Source: Eggerthellaceae bacterium
Lineage (GTDB): Bacteria; Elusimicrobiota; Elusimicrobia; Elusimicrobiales; Elusimicrobiaceae
Length of the DNA stretch: 64,000 nt
NCBI GenBank assembly: GCA_963634865.1
Contig: CAVHDF010000001.1
Span: 22,294 to 86,293 of the forward strand
Direction: 5' to 3'
The position numbers and the translations under genes are program-made. The notes beneath the pieces were generated by a model. It saw only the letters and a list, made by a program, of their open reading frames with translations, was not told the DNA's origin and ran no database searches. Of the stretch, positions 1-8,084 are shown piece by piece (position 1 is the first letter of the stretch; the number at the start of each line of letters is the position of its first letter).

Positions 1-608
1 TGAAGGACCCGGTGCATTTGGGCCATTTAGTGGCCGCCGCGGTAAAGGCGGTCAAGGTCCCCGTGACGCTTAAAACCCGCATTGCGCTCAAACGCGGGGT
101 GCTGCTGGGGGCGGAAATCGCCCGCGTGGCGGAAAGCGAGGGCGCAGCCGCCGTGGCCATGCATGCCCGTGCGGCGGAGGATGTGCACAGCGGGGAGCCG
201 GATTTGGAAGCGTTGGCCTACGTGTGCGCGGCGGTTAAAATCCCCGTGTTGGGCAATGGGGGTATTACGGACGGAGCCGTAGCGGAAAAATTTTTTAAGG
301 CCGGATGCGCAGGGCTGCTCATTGGCCGGGCCGCAGTGGGAAACCCATACATTTTCCGCGATATAGCCCAAGCGTTAAACGGGCAAATACCCGCCCCTAT
401 GGGCCCGGCGCGCCGGGTGCAGATTTATTTGGAGCTGATTGAAGAAAATGTGCTGCGCTACGGTGAAAAAATCGGCGTGGGACGCAGCAAAAAAACGGCG
501 GGCTATTGGCTGCGGGACTTCCCCAACGCGGCCGAAGTGCGTGGGCGGTTTGTGCGCTTGGAGCGCTTGGCCGATATTCGCGCGCTGTTTGCCGGGCTGA
601 CATTCTGA
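1..608 (+). CDS. dusB: tRNA-dihydrouridine synthase (DusB-like), 5'-truncated by window edge
   Basis: Motifs PVTLKTR, MHAR, IPVLGNGGI, LLIGRAAVGNPYIF; frame open from the window start. Confidence 0.85.
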   Translation, partial: KDPVHLGHLVAAAVKAVKVPVTLKTRIALKRGVLLGAEIARVAESEGAAAVAMHARAAEDVHSGEPDLEALAYVCAAVKIPVLGNGGITDGAVAEKFFKAGCAGLLIGRAAVGNPYIFRDIAQALNGQIPAPMGPARRVQIYLELIEENVLRYGEKIGVGRSKKTAGYWLRDFPNAAEVRGRFVRLERLADIRALFAGLTF

Positions 609-722
609 TTTTTCCTATACATCTTGCTTTTCTTTTGGTATAATATACAGGAAACCACGAGTCATTAATGCAGCGCCCACCACTGCGCTGCGCTTTAATA
701 ACAAAAGGTAGAAATAAAACTT

Positions 723-1148
723 ATGACGAAAACTTTTTTGCCTTCCGTCAAGGAAGTTGACACCGCCCGCAAATGGCACCACATTGATGCCACGGGCCAA
801 ACCCTGGGCAGACTGGCCACCCGCGTGGCCGTGCTGCTGATGGGCAAACACAAAAGAACCTACACCCCTCACATGGACTGCGGTGATTTTGTCGTCGTTA
901 CCAATACCAACAAAATCAAAGTAACCGGTAACAAGATGGATGAGAAAGTGTATTTCTCTCACTCCGGCTATGCCAAAGGCGCCAAAGAAACCCCGCTCAA
1001 ACGCCAGTTTGAAAAGGATTCCACCAAAGTGTTGGAATTGGCCGTTAAACGCATGTTGGACGTGAACCGCTTGCGCGCGCCGCGCATGAAACGCTTGCGC
1101 TTGTTCAGCGGTGAAGAACACGAATTCGCCGGCAGATTTGCCAAATAA
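723..1148 (+). CDS. rplM: 50S ribosomal protein L13
   Basis: WHHIDATGQTLGRLA, GKHKRTYTPHMDCGDFVVV. Confidence 0.98.
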   Translation: MTKTFLPSVKEVDTARKWHHIDATGQTLGRLATRVAVLLMGKHKRTYTPHMDCGDFVVVTNTNKIKVTGNKMDEKVYFSHSGYAKGAKETPLKRQFEKDSTKVLELAVKRMLDVNRLRAPRMKRLRLFSGEEHEFAGRFAK

Positions 1149-1162
1149 GAGGGATGAGTCTT

Positions 1163-1558
1163 ATGAACAATACCAAAGAAATTAAAACCGGCCGCCGCAA
1201 AACTTCCGTCGCTCAGGCCAAATTGGCCAAAGGCACCGGTGTCATTACCGTAAACGCCAAAGCGTTGGCGGACTATTTTAAAGGCCATGAAAAATACCAG
1301 GCCGTCGTCAAAGCTCCGCTGACGGTGACGAGCTTGGAAAAAGAATACGACGTTACTGCCAAAGTGCAGGGCGGCGGCATTTCTTCCCAGGCGGGTGCTT
1401 TGCGCCACGCCATTGCCCGCTCCGTGGCTGAAATCAGCGAAGAGCTCAAGAAGACCGTCAAGAAAGCCGGCTTCTTAACCCGCGACCCCCGCATGGTGGA
1501 AAGAAAGAAACCGGGTCAGCCGGGTGCCAGAAAACGCTTCCAGTTCTCCAAACGTTAA
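1163..1558 (+). CDS. rpsI: 30S ribosomal protein S9 (alternative start 1154)
   Basis: TGRRKTSVA, GGGISSQAGALRH, LTRDPRMVERKKPG, QFSKR; follows rplM. Confidence 0.98.
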   Translation: MNNTKEIKTGRRKTSVAQAKLAKGTGVITVNAKALADYFKGHEKYQAVVKAPLTVTSLEKEYDVTAKVQGGGISSQAGALRHAIARSVAEISEELKKTVKKAGFLTRDPRMVERKKPGQPGARKRFQFSKR

Positions 1559-1582
1559 GCGTTTCTTGCAAAAGTGTTTTAC

Positions 1583-1620
1583 AAAACCCCTTGGTGTTGT
1601 TTGCCAAGGGGTTTTTCTTT
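1583..1620 (+). terminator. Intrinsic terminator of rplM-rpsI
   Basis: aaaaccccttgg / ccaaggggtttt stem followed by T-rich tail. Confidence 0.8.
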
Positions 1621-1668
1621 GGTTGTTTTTTGGGGTTTTAATGTTTTTGGGGAGGGGGGAGCCTATTT

Positions 1669-2306
1669 CCCGCGAAGAATCCCTACTTTTCTCCAGGGCA
1701 GAAAAGTAGGCAAAAGACCCCACAATTTAATGTCCTTTTCTCCGGGGCAGAAAAGGACCAAAAGGCCCCGCGGGCCTGCGGAGCATAAAAAATAAAATTT
1801 TCTTATTCCGCCTTTAACTCGCCGCTAGGCAGCGGCTCAGACAAAAGGCGTATTTTTGTATGAAATTTTATTTTTTATAGACGCTCCGATGGCCGCTGTG
1901 TAAACGGCGAAAAGGCCTTTTATTTATGCCGTCATTCCCGAGGGTTGTAATCGGGAATCTCATCCTTATTGTCGTTGGTCTTTTGCTGTTAAATAAAACA
2001 GAGGTCATCCTGAAAGGTTGTAGTTCAGGATCTTCCATTTTTCTAGTAGTTGCCTTTATTAAACAAACAACGGGGAAAATGGAAGATGCTGAGCAGAGAC
2101 CCCTCAGCATGACCCTGATTTTTATTAACGGCGAAAGTGGTTGAGATCCCCGATAGAAGCATTCGGGGATGACGACGTTTTATGAAAGACATTATTTTTG
2201 TTTTGTCGTCGTAGAAGTTGGCAACCACCTCTAAAAAGCTTGCATAATGTTTTTTTTTTGATAAATTTTGCATATAGACAAAATTTATCAAAAAAGGAAG
2301 GCGAAT
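1669..2306. repeat. Composite palindromic repeat / pilin upstream cassette, copy 1
   Basis: Block-wise near-identical to 10509-11065: short hairpin units, long nested hairpin, REP-like palindromes, promoter block. Confidence 0.9.
2240..2295 (+). promoter_or_regulatory. Putative sigma70 pilin promoter with T10 spacer tract and overlapping 17-bp inverted repeat
   Basis: TTGCAT-16 bp-TAAATT with TG extension; ttttttgataaattttg-N8-caaaatttatcaaaaaa; same layout at 10999-11054. Confidence 0.6.
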
Positions 2307-2786
2307 ATGAAAAACTTCTCTACGGGCCGTTTAGGCGGCTTTACATTGATTGAATTGTTAGTCGTTGTTCTTATCATTGGCATATTGGCTGCCGTGGCTT
2401 TGCCCAAGTATGAGAAATCGGTAGAGCGGGCCCGCGCCGCCGAGGCCGAATCTGTGCTCAAAAGCATTGCCGCTGCACAAGATGTATATATGCTGACCAG
2501 TGAGGACGGATGTGCTACCTATGATTTTAGTTTGCTGGACATAGAAGTCCCGGAGTCAAAATACTGGAAATATAGTTTGTACGAATATATGGGGCCTAAT
2601 TCTTATGCGCTGGGGGCTGAGAGGGTCGGAAAAAATTATGACATTTTGTACTTTCGGGGATATGGCCCAGAGGATGGGAGCTTTTATTGCAGCGGTTGGG
2701 GAGATGATTCCACAGAAGATTGCTCCGTGTTTGGGGGCAAAGCTTTTAACCAAGAGTCTACCAATTGGAGCTTGGTCAAAATTTAA
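2307..2786 (+). CDS. Type IV pilin (PilE-like) with class III signal peptide
   Basis: MKNFSTGRLGG/FTLIELLVVVLIIGILAAVALPKY; AGGA before ATG 2307; C-terminal Cys pair. Confidence 0.92.
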   Translation: MKNFSTGRLGGFTLIELLVVVLIIGILAAVALPKYEKSVERARAAEAESVLKSIAAAQDVYMLTSEDGCATYDFSLLDIEVPESKYWKYSLYEYMGPNSYALGAERVGKNYDILYFRGYGPEDGSFYCSGWGDDSTEDCSVFGGKAFNQESTNWSLVKI

Positions 2787-2821
2787 AGAACCCCGGAGCC
2801 TTGGGCCCCGGGGCTTGTCTG

Positions 2822-3313
2822 TTAATCCTCAAAGTCGGTTTCTTCCTCTTCCAGTTGGCGGGCAAACTCGCCCCATTTTTCGCGCGGAGCCTCTATTTTT
2901 AAAGAGAGCCCCGTGTCGGAATATTCCGTATAGGGCTTGTCGGCCAAAATATTTTGGTCCAGTTTGATCTCCATAAAAAACGGCGTTTGGCCCGGCAACT
3001 CGCCGCGGCAGGCGCAGCCCAGTGCAGATTTAGGCGCCATAAAAATAGACACCTTGGGTTCTAACATAATCCAATTGTCCGGTTGGCCCGAGGCCAGCAC
3101 ATTCAAAATGAAGGTGGACAAGTGCGGGGCTTGTGCGTCTTTGAGCGCGACGAACTTTTCTGCAATCTCGTCGGAAAACAGCGGCGTGTCTTTAAAATAC
3201 AGGCCGATTTCATATTCCATGCAGGGCTCTTGGTCTTCCTCGTGGTCGTACCAGCGGGAAATGGGGCTGATGTCTAATTCCAAACCTTCTTTGCCATATT
3301 GAATGTGTGCCAT
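2822..3313 (-). CDS. Hypothetical acidic protein
   Basis: 163-aa ORF with GAGG upstream; no recognised motif. Confidence 0.7.
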   Translation of the reverse strand: MAHIQYGKEGLELDISPISRWYDHEEDQEPCMEYEIGLYFKDTPLFSDEIAEKFVALKDAQAPHLSTFILNVLASGQPDNWIMLEPKVSIFMAPKSALGCACRGELPGQTPFFMEIKLDQNILADKPYTEYSDTGLSLKIEAPREKWGEFARQLEEEETDFED

Positions 3314-3444
3314 AGGGACCTCTTTGTAGAAAATAGTACTCCCTCATTGTAGCAACTTTGCCGCCCGCTGCGCAGGGACTGTTTTATGGAATGCGGGATA
3401 AAATAAAGGCGAGAACACCGCGACAAGACAAAATAAGAAGTAAA

Positions 3445-3650
3445 ACGGAAGGGGAGGGATTCGCCCTGCATAAATTTCCTGACGGAAATTTTGCCCGGGC
3501 CCGCCCTCACTGTGTTCGCCTTTCGGCCCTTGGCCTCAAACTCACACCACGTTGCGGGCTTCGAATCCCTGCGGCATAAAGTCATTTATGCCGCACCTCA
3601 TATTTCCGTAGAAACAAAAAACCCTGCTCACGCAGGGTTTTCAATTTCTA
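3445..3650. repeat. Palindromic element built from copies of the tRNA-Ser 3' end
   Basis: acggaaggggagggattcg at 3445-3463 equals 3650-3668; interrupted inverted copy at 3560-3609. Confidence 0.7.
3616..3641 (-). terminator. Intrinsic terminator after tRNA-Ser
   Basis: On minus strand: aaaaccctgc-gtga-gcagggtttttt. Confidence 0.7.
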
Positions 3651-3735
3651 CGGAAGGGGAGGGATTCGAACCCTCGGTGGATCGCTCCACATCAGTTTTC
3701 AAGACTGACGCCTTAAACCACTCGGCCACCCTTCC
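3651..3735 (-). tRNA. tRNA-Ser (anticodon TGA), CCA not encoded
   Basis: Reverse complement GGAAGGGTGGCCGAGTGGTTTAAGGCG-TCAGT-CTTGAAA-ACTGA, long variable arm, GGTTCGAATCC, CCTTCCG. Confidence 0.95.
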
Positions 3736-3821
3736 CTATATACATTTTATTAAATTTCGCGGGGCCTGCCTACTCTCTTGCCCCGGGCGCGAAACTGCTA
3801 TAATAATAAAAGAGGTATTGT

Positions 3822-4457
3822 ATGTCAGAAGCAACTATCGTGTATCGTTTTAAAAACGGTTTGTACATTAATTTGACCAACCGCTGTCCCAATTTGTGCA
3901 CCTTTTGCATCAAGACCAAATGGCATATGCAGTTTGACGGGCACAATTTGGACTTGCAGGGCCAAGAGCCCACCGTGTCCCAGGTACTCTCTGCGCTAGA
4001 CAAAGAGCTGCGCGCCGCCCCCGTGCAAGAGGTGGTATTCTGCGGATTTGGCGAGCCGACCCTGCGCCTGGACGCCGTGCTGGCCATTGCCCACGCATTG
4101 AAGCAAGCCCAGGCGGACGGCACTTATCCGCCGTTTAAAATCCGTCTCAATACCAATGGCTTGGGCAATTTAATTCATCACCGCAACATCGTGCCCGAGC
4201 TCAAAAAAGATTTGGATATTATTTACGTCAGCCTCAATGCCGAAAACGAAACGCTTTGGCGGCAGTTGGTGCGTCCCGCCGCCGGGTACGAAAACGGTTA
4301 TGAGAGCGTAAAAGATTTTATCAAAACCTGCGCCGAAGCCGGGTTTGACCGCGTGGCCGCCAGCTGCGTGGAAAACACCGGGGCTGACCCCGCCGCTGTG
4401 AAGGCGTTGGCCTTGTCTTTGGGGGCGGAGTTTAATGATAGGGAGTATTTGAAATGA
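3822..4457 (+). CDS. Radical SAM protein (TatD-associated type)
   Basis: LYINLTNRCPNLCTFC (CxxxCxxC), EVVFCGFGEPT, RLNTNG. Confidence 0.85.
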   Translation: MSEATIVYRFKNGLYINLTNRCPNLCTFCIKTKWHMQFDGHNLDLQGQEPTVSQVLSALDKELRAAPVQEVVFCGFGEPTLRLDAVLAIAHALKQAQADGTYPPFKIRLNTNGLGNLIHHRNIVPELKKDLDIIYVSLNAENETLWRQLVRPAAGYENGYESVKDFIKTCAEAGFDRVAASCVENTGADPAAVKALALSLGAEFNDREYLK

Positions 4458-4909
4458 ACGCCAAAAAACCGGGTGCGCTGTTTGGGTTTTTTCTGTTGCT
4501 GGTTTGCGCGGCGCTGACGTGGTTTTTTGTCGTGGGAGAGGATTATTACGATTATACTTCCGGCTCTATAGAAAGCGCCGCACAATCTGCCACCTTGGAT
4601 AAAGAAGACCTGTCTGCGCTTTCCCGCCCCGCACGGGAAAAATACGATACGGAAATCAAATACCGCAATTTTTTTCTGACGGCGCCGGGAGCCAAAAGCG
4701 TGCAGCTGCAGGCGGATTTTAACGGTTGGGGCCGCACCCCGATAGAGCTCAAACCCTATGCCCGGGGATATTTTGAAACCTCGCTGGCGCTGGCCGCCGG
4801 GGAATACAAATACGTATTTGTGGTGGACGGTAAAGATTTTTTGGACCCGATGAATTTAGACCGCACGGTGGAAAACGGCCGTGAGGTGTGTATCAAAACG
4901 GTGAAATAA
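4454..4909 (+). CDS. Membrane-anchored glycogen-binding (CBM48/AMPK-beta-like) domain protein
   Basis: N-terminal hydrophobic helix; APGAKSVQLQADFNGW, GEYKYVFVVDG, DPMN. Confidence 0.8.
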   Translation: MNAKKPGALFGFFLLLVCAALTWFFVVGEDYYDYTSGSIESAAQSATLDKEDLSALSRPAREKYDTEIKYRNFFLTAPGAKSVQLQADFNGWGRTPIELKPYARGYFETSLALAAGEYKYVFVVDGKDFLDPMNLDRTVENGREVCIKTVK

Positions 4910-5385
4910 TGAAAAAATGGACTTTTATTTCTACTTCCGCCGAGCAAACCCGCCAATTGGCGCAACGGTTTGCGCACTTGCTGCGGGGCGGAGAGATTGT
5001 GTTTTTGCGCGGGCCGATCGGCGCGGGCAAGACGGTGTTTGTCAAAGGGGTGGCGGCGGCCTTGGGTCTGAAAAGTTCGCCCACCAGCGCCAGCTTTAGC
5101 TTGATGAAGCGTTACCAAAAAGGCCATACGACGCTGTTTCACATTGATTTGTTTCGCTTAAGCGAGGGGGAAGTGTTTAATTTGGGCTTTGAGGAAATGT
5201 TAGAGGACGAAAAAGCCGTCATTTTGGCCGAGTGGCCCGACCCGTTGGCCCGCATGTTGCCCCAGGACCATTTGGAAATGGACTTTGCCTTGCAAGAGGG
5301 CGACCGGCGGCAAATTACCATTTATGGCGCGGGGCCCGCGTCGGAAGTATTGGCGGAGGAACTATGCAAAACAACCGAAAAATAA
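4909..5385 (+). CDS. tsaE: t6A biosynthesis ATPase TsaE
   Basis: GPIGAGKT, SPTSASFSL, HIDLFRL, AEWP. Confidence 0.93.
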   Translation: MKKWTFISTSAEQTRQLAQRFAHLLRGGEIVFLRGPIGAGKTVFVKGVAAALGLKSSPTSASFSLMKRYQKGHTTLFHIDLFRLSEGEVFNLGFEEMLEDEKAVILAEWPDPLARMLPQDHLEMDFALQEGDRRQITIYGAGPASEVLAEELCKTTEK

Positions 5386-6053
5386 CTTTGGGGCTGGACA
5401 GCTCCGGGCCGTTGCTGTTGGTGTGTGCCGGCGACGGGGAAAAGATTTATTCCTTTCACAAAACAGGCATCAAGCAGGAGCAGTTGCTGCTGCCTCTTTT
5501 GGAGCGGACCCTGCAAAAGGCCGGGGCGGAAATGACGGACGTGAAACGGATTTTCTTTGTGCGGGGGCCGGGGCGTTTTACGGGCATACGCATTTCGCTG
5601 ACATTCGCTTCTATGCTCAAATATTTAAACGGTGCGCAGGTGCGCAGCGCGACGGTATTTGAAATTTTGCAACGCCAAGTGTTGGCGTCCCGCGCGTACC
5701 ACGTGTGGAAAGAAGCCAACCCCGAAGGCGTGGTGGCCGTGGTGCTGCATGCGTTTCGCGACGAGTATTTCTTGCAGATTTTTGACGGAAAGAACGAGCC
5801 GCCGCAATGGCTGTCTAAAGAGCAGTTGCTGATTACCTTGGCCGCGCGGCGCGAGCCGCTCTTTTGCGCCGGGGTGGATAAAGACGGCGCCTCTTTGGTG
5901 GCCTTGCTGGGCAACCAGTACCGCTTGGCCCCCATGGCCGACAGCCGGGTCCGTCCGCAAACGCTCATTGAAATGGCCGAAGAAGAACAATTTGAAAAAG
6001 ACGCGCTGGAACCGCTGTATTTAAAACCGGCCCGCTTTGAGTTGGGCCGATGA
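5364..6053 (+). CDS. tsaB: t6A biosynthesis protein TsaB
   Basis: LGLDSS, GPGRFTGIRI, LEPLYLK; lies between tsaE and rimI. Confidence 0.88.
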   Translation: MQNNRKITLGLDSSGPLLLVCAGDGEKIYSFHKTGIKQEQLLLPLLERTLQKAGAEMTDVKRIFFVRGPGRFTGIRISLTFASMLKYLNGAQVRSATVFEILQRQVLASRAYHVWKEANPEGVVAVVLHAFRDEYFLQIFDGKNEPPQWLSKEQLLITLAARREPLFCAGVDKDGASLVALLGNQYRLAPMADSRVRPQTLIEMAEEEQFEKDALEPLYLKPARFELGR

Positions 6054-6484
6054 AGGTGCGCCGGGCCTTGCCTGCCGACGCGGTCGCCCTGGCTGCCTTA
6101 GAGCGGCAGCAACCCCGTGCCGCTGGCTGGGGGGAAGACGGCTTTGTGGCGGAATTGGCCCAGCCTTGCGCTTGGATTTGGTGCGCCGAGCAACAGGGTG
6201 AAACCGTAGGCTTTTTGGCGCTGCGTTGCGCGGCGGGTTGCGCGGAAATACTCAATGTAGCCGTGGCCCCGCACCACACGCGGCAAGGCATCGGACGGGC
6301 GCTTTTGCAGCAGGCTTTGGCGGCGTTGCGCGCCCAAGCGGCGGAGCAGGTGAGTTTGGAAGTGGCGCAAGACAATGCCCCCGCGCAGGCCTTGTATGCT
6401 CGGGCGGGGTTGAAGCCGTTGGGACGGCGTAAGGATTTTTACGGCCCGGGTTGCGACGGGCTGATTTTAGGGATGAATTTGTGA
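6050..6484 (+). CDS. rimI: Ribosomal-protein-alanine N-acetyltransferase (GNAT)
   Basis: EILNVAV, RQGIGRALL, LEVAQDN, ALY, GRRKDFY. Confidence 0.85.
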   Translation: MKVRRALPADAVALAALERQQPRAAGWGEDGFVAELAQPCAWIWCAEQQGETVGFLALRCAAGCAEILNVAVAPHHTRQGIGRALLQQALAALRAQAAEQVSLEVAQDNAPAQALYARAGLKPLGRRKDFYGPGCDGLILGMNL

Positions 6485-8031
6485 AGAAAATAGGGGCTGT
6501 TTTTCTTTTGCTTTGTGCGGGTTTGGTACCGGGGCAAGCTTTGCCGCTCTCAGCGGCGGGTCGGGCGGAAGCGGCTTTGTATATGGACGTCGTCCGCGCT
6601 TTTTATGCCCAGCAGCAAAACGAAACGGCCGCTTGCGCTTATTATGAAAAGGCGTTGCGCCGCGCCCCGCAAAATACCTATTTAAAACGGCAAATGTTGG
6701 CCTGCCAGCTGGCGGCCGACCGCTTGGAAGCGGCTGACGCCTATGCCGACTATATCACCCAGCCGGACTTGGACGCAGAGGATTTGGCCGTCTATGCGCT
6801 GTACCGTTGGCGCAAAGGGGACTTAAAAAGCGCGCAGGACTACTACGAGCAAGCTTTGGCCCAAGCCCCCGACGACCCCCGCATTTTTTACCAATATGTA
6901 TTGCTGCTGAGCTTTTTGGATGTGGACCGCGCAGCACAGATTTTGCAACAGCGCAAGGCGGACTATCCGGCTTTTGCCCACGTGATTGATTATGAAACGG
7001 GCAATATTTACCGCAGCAAAAAAGACCTTCCGACCGCTTTAAAATATTACAACCAGGCCACCCAGCGCAACCCGGACTATGCCGAAGCCTATTTGGCCCG
7101 GGCGGAAGTATATGAAAAAACCTCACAACTTTTTTTGATGTTGCATGAGTTGGAAGAGTTGGAAAAAATAGGCTACCAAAGCGCGGCGATGTATTCGCGC
7201 ATGGCTTCGGTGTATGTCTTAGTTAAGGACCATGCCAAAGCCAAGGAATATTTTTTGAAGGCCAAGGGGCTGGACGCGGGGGACAATCCCGCCAATTATT
7301 TTTTGGCCCTGTATGCCGAAGAAGACGGGCAGTATGCCCAGGCGGCACAATACTTGCGTGAATCGGCCGATTTTGCCACACAGGCGGGCAAATGGCTGCA
7401 GGTGGCTTTTTATGAGCAGCGCAGCGGCAACAATGCCCAAGCTTTGCAGACCTTAAAACAGGCCTATGCCCGTTTTGACAAGAATGTGGAAGTGGGGTAT
7501 TTTTACGCCTTGGCTTTAATGGACGCGCAGGATAGCCGCCGGGCCGCCCGGGTGCTTGCGGGCGTGCTGCAGACCAACCCCAAGTATGAAAACGCCCGGT
7601 TGGCCTATGCTTTTGCCTTAGAGGATTTACACCGCTACCGCGCAATGGAAGAGCAGGTGCGGCAACTAATTGCGCAAAGCCCCAAAAACGCCGCCGCCTA
7701 CAATTTGCTGGGCTTTAGCTTGGCCGAGCGCAAGGTGCGTTTGGACGAAGCGCAAGAGCTGGTCACGCAGGCCTTGGCTTTGCGGCCCGACGATAGGGCG
7801 TTTGCCGATTCGTTGGCGTGGGTTTATTACCAGCAGGGCAAGTACGCCCAAGCCCTGGAACTGTTGCAAAGTTTGGATGAAGATTTCGTGCGGCAAAACC
7901 CCGAGGTCAGCTACCACTTGGGCGCAGCATACGTGCAAATGGGGCAGCCTGAGCAGGCGCGCCCTTGGCTGGAGCTGGCCGCCGCAGACATCCGCGCCGC
8001 CGCCAAGTTGCTTAAAAAATTAAAAAAATAA
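6481..8031 (+). CDS. Exported TPR-repeat protein
   Basis: Signal-peptide-like start at GTG 6481; multiple TPRs; YNLLGFSLAER and DSLAWVYY motifs. Confidence 0.85.
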   Translation: MKKIGAVFLLLCAGLVPGQALPLSAAGRAEAALYMDVVRAFYAQQQNETAACAYYEKALRRAPQNTYLKRQMLACQLAADRLEAADAYADYITQPDLDAEDLAVYALYRWRKGDLKSAQDYYEQALAQAPDDPRIFYQYVLLLSFLDVDRAAQILQQRKADYPAFAHVIDYETGNIYRSKKDLPTALKYYNQATQRNPDYAEAYLARAEVYEKTSQLFLMLHELEELEKIGYQSAAMYSRMASVYVLVKDHAKAKEYFLKAKGLDAGDNPANYFLALYAEEDGQYAQAAQYLRESADFATQAGKWLQVAFYEQRSGNNAQALQTLKQAYARFDKNVEVGYFYALALMDAQDSRRAARVLAGVLQTNPKYENARLAYAFALEDLHRYRAMEEQVRQLIAQSPKNAAAYNLLGFSLAERKVRLDEAQELVTQALALRPDDRAFADSLAWVYYQQGKYAQALELLQSLDEDFVRQNPEVSYHLGAAYVQMGQPEQARPWLELAAADIRAAAKLLKKLKK

Positions 8032-8084
8032 CCCTTTTCCCGTTTGCGGGGGCGAAAAAGATTTGATAGGATAAAAGTTCGGAT

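Noticed and set aside
1632..1660. G-tracts upstream of pilin cassette 1 as a Neisseria-type pilE G-quadruplex
   Set aside because: Irregular tracts, outside the shared cassette boundary, and not reproduced at copy 2
1682..1764. Hairpin units as a CRISPR array (also 10522-10650)
   Set aside because: Only 2-3 non-identical units, gaps of 11-15 bp are too short for spacers, and no cas genes are in the window
1868..2291. Short ORFs across the repeat blocks (also 26199-26435)
   Set aside because: They are translations of palindromic repeats with no RBS or protein motif; their mutual similarity reflects the DNA repeat
3445..3668. Prophage or integrative island at tRNA-Ser
   Set aside because: The direct repeats enclose only about 190 bp and no integrase or phage gene is present; kept only as a mini-element finding
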